A stretch of DNA of 64,000 nt, taken from NCBI RefSeq assembly GCF_004010195.1, contig NC_057719.1:49665771-49729770 (forward strand), written 5' to 3'. Positions 63,001 through 64,000 of this stretch are shown here, in pieces (within the stretch, counting starts at the first letter, position 1; every line of letters begins with the position of its first letter). The translations under genes were made by a program, and so were the position numbers. Below the pieces are notes generated by a model, which saw only the letters and a list, made by a program, of their open reading frames with translations, searched no databases and was not told where the DNA came from. This DNA comes from Chiloscyllium plagiosum (lineage: Eukaryota).

Positions 63001-63468
63001 ACATTCAAGAAGCTGGATATCATCCAGAACAAAGCAGTCAACTTAATTGTTTCTGGATGTGGTGCCATTCATTCCGTCCACCACCAATGACGCACAGTAA
63101 CAGCAGTGTGTACTACCTACAAGATGCACTGTAAAAATTCACCAAAGATCATTTGACAGCACCTTCCAAATCCACAACCACTTCCATTTAGAAAGACAAG
63201 GGTAACAAATACCTCAGAACACAAACATCTGCATGTTCCCCTCCAAGCCACTTACTATCCTGACTTGGAAATATATCCCTTTTTCTTCACTGTCACTGGT
63301 ACAAAATCTGGAATGCCTTCCTAATGACATTGTGGGTCTACCTACAGCTTATAGATTGCAACAGTTCAAGAAGATACCTCACCACCACCTTCTCAAGGGC
63401 AGCTAGGGATGGGTAATAAATGCTGGTCCAACCAGCAATGCTTATATCCCATGAATGAATAAGAAAAA
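60070..63468 (+). mobile_element. Near full-length single-ORF CR1-group (Zenon-like) LINE with tRNA-like head, decayed
   Basis: A-box TGGCCTAGTGG (60075-85), B-box-like GATTTGAATCC (60138-48). APE TNIWGL, QDRTSRGGS, GVFN, PTRGKTILDLLLT. RT LAKLFQY, VPQGHVLGP, FIND, FVDN. Tail atgaatgaataagaaaaa. A CR1 tail is inserted at ~61163-61290. Confidence 0.85.
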
Positions 63469-64000
63469 GGTATTTTAAATTAGCAGTGCACACATGTATC
63501 GCACAACTATTTCTTTGAGATTATATTTTAGAAATTTCAGGCAAGTTTTGGTACTGTTGTGATATCATTTGACCAAATCACTCATTTCCAAGTTTTGCTG
63601 ATGGCTCTGCATTTTCAGAAATGTTTCTGTGAAGATGTGATATTATTGCGAAAATGCAGTGAATAAAATTAATATGCAGTTTCCACAACGTTCCGCTTAC
63701 GAAAGCTGCAAGAAATATTTTCAGTTTTAAGCAATATTCATATAGATGGTATGCAACAGCAGCAGTATGAAATTTCAAGTAAATGAGCTGCAATTTGTGA
63801 TCCCTGCACTGATATTCACTGGAGTTATTTATAAATGCCATATTCCAGCATGTAGCAATGTTCTTTAGAAATGGAAACCTAGAGAGACACACCAAAATAT
63901 CAGATGTTTCAGAGACAGTGTGAACAAATCTCTAGTGACTCATGAGTAATAATAAAGCTATATTGAGTGATTGACTAAGATCTTTTCCAGATATCCGTAA

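Noticed and set aside
53669..64000. Search for further upstream SLC35F4 exons or a promoter
   Set aside because: No SLC35F4-like coding segment or CpG island recognised. The region is mostly repeats, so the 5' exons probably lie beyond the window.

Overview
Eukaryotic, repeat-rich vertebrate DNA. The repeat content (CR1/HER1-type LINEs, HE1-like V-SINEs, Deu-domain SINE, Penelope-like elements) points to a cartilaginous fish, most likely a shark; this is inference. One host gene is present: the last six coding exons of SLC35F4 on the minus strand (53371-53668, 48257-48476, 31251-31376, 17483-17675, 10439-10528, 4601-4842). All have GT-AG boundaries and compatible phases, giving 1169 nt and about 388 aa. 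The 5' exons were not found in the window. Most of the remaining recognisable sequence is decayed, often nested transposable elements. Best candidates for something new: (i) minimal hammerhead-ribozyme motifs in the terminal repeats of several Penelope-like families, including one intact copy, a ~130-bp ribozyme-only insertion and a 91-bp-arm palindrome of two inverted hammerheads, the last two with 13-14 bp target-site duplications; (ii) a single-ORF LINE with a tRNA-like Pol III head, plus a short non-autonomous derivative of it in the same window; (iii) a young Tx1-like insertion with a perfect 14-bp TSD; (iv) a MITE carrying a copy of sequence from 1.2 kb away. Repeat family names come from recognition by eye, not database searches. 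Boundaries of decayed repeats are approximate.
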